This document shows, piece after piece, positions 28,114 through 32,000 of a stretch of 32,000 bases of DNA. The number at the start of each line of letters is the position of its first letter. Position 1 is the stretch's first letter. This stretch comes from Candidatus Parcubacteria bacterium (GTDB lineage: Bacteria; Patescibacteriota; Microgenomatia; UBA12405), in NCBI GenBank assembly GCA_023443725.1, contig JAEZTF010000010.1:1-32000 (forward strand), written 5' to 3'. The position numbers were made by a program, and so were the translations under genes. The notes beneath the pieces were generated by a model that did not search any database, was not told the origin of the DNA, and saw nothing but the letters and a program-made list of their open reading frames with translations.

Positions 28114-28187
28114 GGGCTCGTGGTGCAGCGGTCTAGCACATCCGCCTGTCACGCGGAAGATCGTGGGTTCGAATCCCATCGGGCCCG
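28114..28187 (+). tRNA. tRNA-Asp(GTC)
   Basis: GGGCTCGTGGTGCAGCGGTCTAGCACATCCGCCTGTCACGCGGAAGATCGTGGGTTCGAATCCCATCGGGCCCG; anticodon loop CTGTCAC; no encoded CCA. Confidence 0.95.
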
Positions 28188-28192
28188 CAAAG

Positions 28193-28223
28193 TAATTAAT
28201 CCCCTATTTTAGGGGATTAATTA
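28193..28223. terminator. Bidirectional-looking stem-loop between tRNA-Asp and unit A
   Basis: TAATTAATCCCCTA-TTT-TAGGGGATTAATTA, 14-bp perfect arms. Confidence 0.8.
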
Positions 28224-28238
28224 ATGATGGTAGTGAAA

Positions 28239-28973
28239 CTATTTTCCTAAAAATATATCTAATAAACTTCGTCTTGTTTTAGGTTTGGCTCCGTATTCTG
28301 TTTTTAAATATTCAAATCCTTTTGGAATATGTGGATCTGGTATATGTGGTGAACAATCTCGATCAGCTGTTTCTACTAATTTTGTTAAAAGACCTGGTTT
28401 AGAGAGAAGTATTGGTTCAATTTTTGAATAATCACGTCTCTTGGAACAATCTTCTAATAATATTTGATGTAACTTATCTTTATCTTCTTCATTTTCTGCT
28501 AAAGGTATTAATATTGATTTTTCTGCGTAATCTCTAGCAATAAAAATAGATAAACAATCCGTACTAATTATTAAATATGGTCTTGTGTCAAATGCTTTTT
28601 CGTCTGTTGAATCTGGGTTTCCCTTATCATCACAATAAGATTGTGGAGGTATATAACTTATAGTATGGGTATGTAATTTGTATTGGGGTTTTAAATGTGT
28701 ATTTTTTTTAAATTCTTCAAAATCTTTAGGGCTTTTCTCTATCTCTCCAATTTTCCAAACTTGATCTCTTATTTCTTGAAGTGTAGTTGATATTCCTAAT
28801 TTATCTAACAATTCAAATCCAGGTAAAATTTCACTTCTGTAACGTTCTTCTAATTTAATAATTACTTCTCTTTCTTTTGTTTGTTTAGATAATAATTGAG
28901 CATCTTTTTCATTTCTATCATTTTCGGCTTGTTGTTGTAAAAAATTAATTCTTTCGCTTTCCCAGTTTGTCAT
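28239..28973 (-). CDS. Orphan protein A of tandem cassette array (244 aa)
   Basis: MTNW N-terminus, helical/charged N-terminal region, C-terminus RRSLLDIFLGK shared exactly with protein B. Confidence 0.7.
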   Translation of the reverse strand: MTNWESERINFLQQQAENDRNEKDAQLLSKQTKEREVIIKLEERYRSEILPGFELLDKLGISTTLQEIRDQVWKIGEIEKSPKDFEEFKKNTHLKPQYKLHTHTISYIPPQSYCDDKGNPDSTDEKAFDTRPYLIISTDCLSIFIARDYAEKSILIPLAENEEDKDKLHQILLEDCSKRRDYSKIEPILLSKPGLLTKLVETADRDCSPHIPDPHIPKGFEYLKTEYGAKPKTRRSLLDIFLGK

Positions 28974-28980
28974 TTTTTAT

Positions 28981-29100
28981 TTATCGTTATTTAACGGATA
29001 ATATCGAGTATATTACTTTTTTCTACTTTTTCAATATAGAAATGTTACTTTTGAGATCAAAATCTATCAAAAACGTTCCAACTTCGTCCCACACGGCCCG
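28981..29100 (-). repeat. Leader repeat copy A with promoter
   Basis: 118/120 identical to 29891-30010; contains TTGAAA (29034-29029), 16-nt spacer, TATACT (29012-29007) on the minus strand. Confidence 0.9.
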
Positions 29101-29130
29101 TAAATGAATTATCCCCTATCTTAGGGGATT
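29095..29130 (-). terminator. Junction 2: tRNA-3'-end-like sequence plus stem-loop
   Basis: GGCCCGTAAATGAATTATCCCCTATCTTAGGGGATT; ATCCCCTA-TCT-TAGGGGAT hairpin, diverged from junctions 1 and 3. Confidence 0.75.
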
Positions 29131-29149
29131 TTTTTGTGTGTTGGTAAAA

Positions 29150-29884
29150 TTATTTTCCTAAGAATATATCTAATAAACTTCGTCTTTGTTTTTGTCGTTG
29201 TAGTTGATTGTATCTTAACAGTAAATCTTTGCGCGAATTGACATATTCTCTACGTCTGATTAATACTGAGCAATATTCTACCAAATGATTTTTAATTAAT
29301 TCATTTATTTCTTCTACTGTGTTTTTATTAAGTTCAATATGAATACCACTTATTTCTAAATAAGTCCCATCAGATACTACCTTAATTGTTTCGTACCCTT
29401 CCTTGACATATTCACTCTCAACACCATCTCCGTCTGTACTTGAGTAATAGATTAGTCTTTTTGGTCCGGCTAATACATATGTTGCATGTGGACAATTTTG
29501 ACCAATATCTCTTTTATCTTCTTCGGTTAAATCAAAATTATTGTTTGGTGGTAAATTATCGAATTTTGTTATAAAACGATGATAGGAACTATCCCATATA
29601 TCACGTAATGATAATTCTTTATGTTGATTAAAATCTTTTGGGGTTTTTATTATTTGACCTCCACCAAGAACTTGATCTTTTATTTCGCTTAGTCTTTCAG
29701 GGATATGAAAACTATCTAAAATATGAAAACTAGGAATCACTCTGTTTTCATAGTTTATTTTTAGTTCGTTGATAATTTGATTTTCTCTTCGTTCATTACC
29801 TCTTAATAATTGAGTCTGTCCGGTTTGAAATTCAGTTTGTTCTTGAGCTCTTAGTCTTGTTATTTCAGCATTCCAGTTTGTCAT
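29150..29884 (-). CDS. Orphan protein B of tandem cassette array (244 aa)
   Basis: Same length, MTNW start and RRSLLDIFLGK end as protein A; central region strongly diverged. Confidence 0.7.
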   Translation of the reverse strand: MTNWNAEITRLRAQEQTEFQTGQTQLLRGNERRENQIINELKINYENRVIPSFHILDSFHIPERLSEIKDQVLGGGQIIKTPKDFNQHKELSLRDIWDSSYHRFITKFDNLPPNNNFDLTEEDKRDIGQNCPHATYVLAGPKRLIYYSSTDGDGVESEYVKEGYETIKVVSDGTYLEISGIHIELNKNTVEEINELIKNHLVEYCSVLIRRREYVNSRKDLLLRYNQLQRQKQRRSLLDIFLGK

Positions 29885-29890
29885 TTTTTT

Positions 29891-30010
29891 TTATCGTTAT
29901 TTAATGGATGATATCGAGTATATTACTTTTTTCTACTTTTTCAATATAGAAATGTTACTTTTGAGATCAAAATCTATCAAAAACGTTCCAACTTCGTCCC
30001 ACACGGCCCG
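29891..30010 (-). repeat. Leader repeat copy B with promoter
   Basis: Differs from copy A only at 29905 and 29910; same -35/-10 elements. Confidence 0.9.
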
Positions 30011-30041
30011 CAAAGTAATTAATCCCCTATTTTAGGGGATT
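30005..30041 (-). terminator. Junction 3: exact 37-bp copy of tRNA-Asp 3' end plus flank, with stem-loop
   Basis: GGCCCGCAAAGTAATTAATCCCCTATTTTAGGGGATT, identical to 28182-28218. Confidence 0.85.
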
Positions 30042-30054
30042 TTTTAATGAAATC

Positions 30055-30609
30055 TTATGGATATTTAAGAAAATCAACTGATCCAGTTTTTTCTATTCTT
30101 TGATTATGTTTAAAAATCGCAATAACGGTAGCTAATTCGTTTAGAACTTCATTTCTTTGTGATATCATTTTTGCACGCATATCATAATGAGAACAGGTTT
30201 CTCCTTTGTTTTCCCACCAACAAGTATTGTCTTCTACGCTTCTATTGTAACAACCAACTTGGTAACCGACTTGAGTTTTTACAACTCCTATTGCTTCTTT
30301 TGTAATATTAAAGTAACCGCTATAATCACCACTACCTTCAATCCAATGTTTGCAGTCTGTGTACACTAAAAAATAACCAGGGAACGAAAATGATGCCCCA
30401 GTTTCTATATGAATTGGTTTATCTGAATTCCCTTTTATAGTTATAATTCCTTTATCAATTACTTCTTGAAAAGCTGATACTACACCAAGATCAGTAAGGT
30501 CTTTTTGTGCTTCTGTAATATTTCTTTGTGATTCATTTCCACAAACACCGTTAATATTTTGTTGGGCGGAATTAACTCGATCAAGAAAACTAGGTCTTTC
30601 TGTAGGCAT
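30055..30609 (-). CDS. Orphan protein C of tandem cassette array (184 aa)
   Basis: Complete ORF under a third copy of the same promoter; FSFPGYFLVYTDCKHWIE is weakly reminiscent of the TRPYLIISTDCLSIFIA segment in protein A. Confidence 0.65.
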   Translation of the reverse strand: MPTERPSFLDRVNSAQQNINGVCGNESQRNITEAQKDLTDLGVVSAFQEVIDKGIITIKGNSDKPIHIETGASFSFPGYFLVYTDCKHWIEGSGDYSGYFNITKEAIGVVKTQVGYQVGCYNRSVEDNTCWWENKGETCSHYDMRAKMISQRNEVLNELATVIAIFKHNQRIEKTGSVDFLKYP

Positions 30610-30614
30610 TTTGT

Positions 30615-30704
30615 TTATTTAACGGATAATATCGAGTATATTACTTTTTTCTACTTTTTCAATATAGAAATATTACTTTTGCGATCAAAATCTATCAAAA
30701 AACG
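30615..30704 (-). repeat. Leader repeat copy C (partial) with promoter
   Basis: About 90 bp matching 28987-29075 with two substitutions and a 1-nt indel; lacks the distal TCCAACTTCGTCCCACACGGCCCG part. Confidence 0.85.
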
Positions 30705-30738
30705 TACTATATTTATTTAATTATCTATTTCGTAGTTG

Positions 30739-30744
30739 TATAAT
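30739..30744 (+). promoter_or_regulatory. TATAAT -10-like box 5 nt upstream of the GNAT ATG
   Basis: TATAAT TTGGA ATG. Confidence 0.5.
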
Positions 30745-30749
30745 TTGGA

Positions 30750-31172
30750 ATGGAGATAGAAATATTAAAAAAGTCGGATATAGAATCATATAAAGCGTTA
30801 ATCGATGAATGTTTTGATGGAAGTAATAGTATTTCTGAATATGAAAAATACGACACAGAAGCTAATTATAAAATTATAGTGGCGAAAAATGGAAATAAAG
30901 TTGTTGGAAGTGTTACTTTTTACAAATTAGATTTGTTTACTTTTTCTTTTCAACCAGCATTAGAAGTTTTTAATGTGGCAGTATTAAAAGAATATCGAGG
31001 TCAAAAAATTGCTAAAAAACTTTTTGAATATGTTATTGATTATGCCAAGAAAAATGGTTACAAATCGATAAATTTGACTTGTTTAGATACGGCTATATCG
31101 GCTCATAAACTTTATGAAAGTATTGGTTTTGTAAAAGCTAGTAGCATTAAATATAATTTTTATTTAAAATAG
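30750..31172 (+). CDS. GNAT-family N-acetyltransferase
   Basis: NKVVGSVTFY, EVFNVAVLKEYRGQKIAKKLFEYVIDYAKKNGYKSINLTC, AHKLYESIGFVKA. Confidence 0.9.
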   Translation: MEIEILKKSDIESYKALIDECFDGSNSISEYEKYDTEANYKIIVAKNGNKVVGSVTFYKLDLFTFSFQPALEVFNVAVLKEYRGQKIAKKLFEYVIDYAKKNGYKSINLTCLDTAISAHKLYESIGFVKASSIKYNFYLK

Positions 31173-31249
31173 TTTTTATTTTAGTTTTTTATTCTAAAGA
31201 AAAGCCGTATAAATAGGTATTTATACGGCGTGGGTGCCAAAAAAGAGTG

Positions 31250-31642
31250 TTAATTTTGTTCAGGTGAAACGAATGATGCTTTGGCTTCTTCGTAATAAAA
31301 AGATAGGTTTGGATCTGCACATTTGTCAATGTCTTTGGTAATCATTTCCAATCTGACATCGGACTTGGCGGTGGCGATGAACTGTTGGAGAATGAAAATT
31401 GCCAGATTATTGTTTTCTTCGGAGTCGATAGCTGGATGATCTATGAAATTGGTTTTAATAATTCCAAGATCGGTTTCGTCTGTTGTTTGACTGGTGATTT
31501 CTTTGACTTTGTCGTAGAAAGCCATAATCGTTTTGGGATTTTTTTTACAGACCCTTAGTTCTGGAATCAGTCCGACAATTTCTACTACAGTTTTGGCGGC
31601 TTCAATCTTACTTTTCAACATTTTAAACACACTCCTTTTCAA
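31250..31642 (-). CDS. Hypothetical protein, 130 aa
   Basis: Complete ORF; no motif recognised. Confidence 0.55.
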   Translation of the reverse strand: MKRSVFKMLKSKIEAAKTVVEIVGLIPELRVCKKNPKTIMAFYDKVKEITSQTTDETDLGIIKTNFIDHPAIDSEENNNLAIFILQQFIATAKSDVRLEMITKDIDKCADPNLSFYYEEAKASFVSPEQN

Positions 31643-31747
31643 TGTTCTTTCTTACTTTTTTGAAAAACGCTATCGTTCTTCGGGGTAATCGGATTATAAC
31701 ACTCAAAGTGATTTACTTAAAAAAAATGAATAAAGTATAATGTAGCC

Positions 31748-32000
31748 ATGATTAAATTTATTTATTTTGACTTTGGGGCGGTATTAGTTAATTATGATAA
31801 TGTTTTTACAAAAGTTTGTAATGATTTTGGTTTAGACAAAAATGAATTTAAAAATTTTTATAACAATTTTGTAGATGAAATGGATGTGGGTAAGGATAGT
31901 GTTGATGGATTTTGGAAAAAATGTGTGGAAAATTTTAATCTCAATAATGGTTTAAATTATAAATTGGCAAAATCTTGGGTGTCGGATTATAAAATTATTA
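31748..32000 (+). CDS. HAD-like hydrolase, truncated by window edge
   Basis: MIKFIYFDFGAVLVNYDNVFTKV; open to the last base; TATAAT box at 31736-31741. Confidence 0.65.
   Translation, partial: MIKFIYFDFGAVLVNYDNVFTKVCNDFGLDKNEFKNFYNNFVDEMDVGKDSVDGFWKKCVENFNLNNGLNYKLAKSWVSDYKII

Noticed and set aside
28981-30704. Leader repeats as a CRISPR array
   Set aside because: Only three copies ~910 and ~718 bp apart, each with a promoter upstream of an ORF, no short spacers and no cas genes.
31250-31642. Toxin-antitoxin call for the 130-aa protein next to the GNAT gene
   Set aside because: The GNAT protein looks like an ordinary acetyltransferase, the genes are convergent, and no antitoxin-like DNA-binding motif is present.

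Overview
AT-rich, gene-dense 32 kb window. Small proteins, fatty-acid/phospholipid scavenging genes, absence of encoded CCA on tRNAs and short housekeeping proteins are consistent with a Patescibacteria/CPR-type chromosome (inference, not tested). Left to right: (1) ~0-2.7 kb, a small mobile-element-like cluster: stand-alone serine-recombinase catalytic domain, CHC2/Toprim primase-like protein, two unknown proteins, followed by a 440-bp intergenic region with phased short repeats and a GC-rich patch. (2) ~3.1-5.25 kb, membrane/secreted hypotheticals, a DUF805-like protein and an XRE regulator. (3) ~5.25-14.0 kb, a compact minus-strand operon of four translationally overlapping genes: HsdR, a fused HsdM-HsdS, a PHP+AAA/SMC-like ATPase (TrlF-like) and a DUF2130/RmuC-like coiled-coil protein. 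This is a type I restriction system with two extra partners and is a good candidate extended defence system. (4) ~14.0-14.7 kb, two tiny divergent ORFs around a perfect palindrome, plus a GIY-YIG protein. (5) ~14.8-28.0 kb, mostly housekeeping: two divergent plsY paralogues, a DAK2-DegV (FakA-FakB-like) fusion, ung, butyrate kinase-like, lgt, YdcF-like, tRNA-Lys, rplS, dnaE, htpX, lemA, and a PHP-less PolX. (6) ~28.1-30.7 kb, the most unusual structure: downstream of tRNA-Asp(GTC) lies a tandem array of three cassette-like units. Each has one orphan ORF pointing at the tRNA, a nearly identical promoter/leader (118/120 identical between two copies), and a boundary sequence that for two junctions copies the tRNA-Asp 3' end plus its downstream stem-loop (37 bp identical in one). 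The encoded proteins are strongly diverged. (7) GNAT acetyltransferase, a hypothetical protein, and a truncated HAD-like gene at the right edge. All family calls come from reading motifs by eye; no database search was run.
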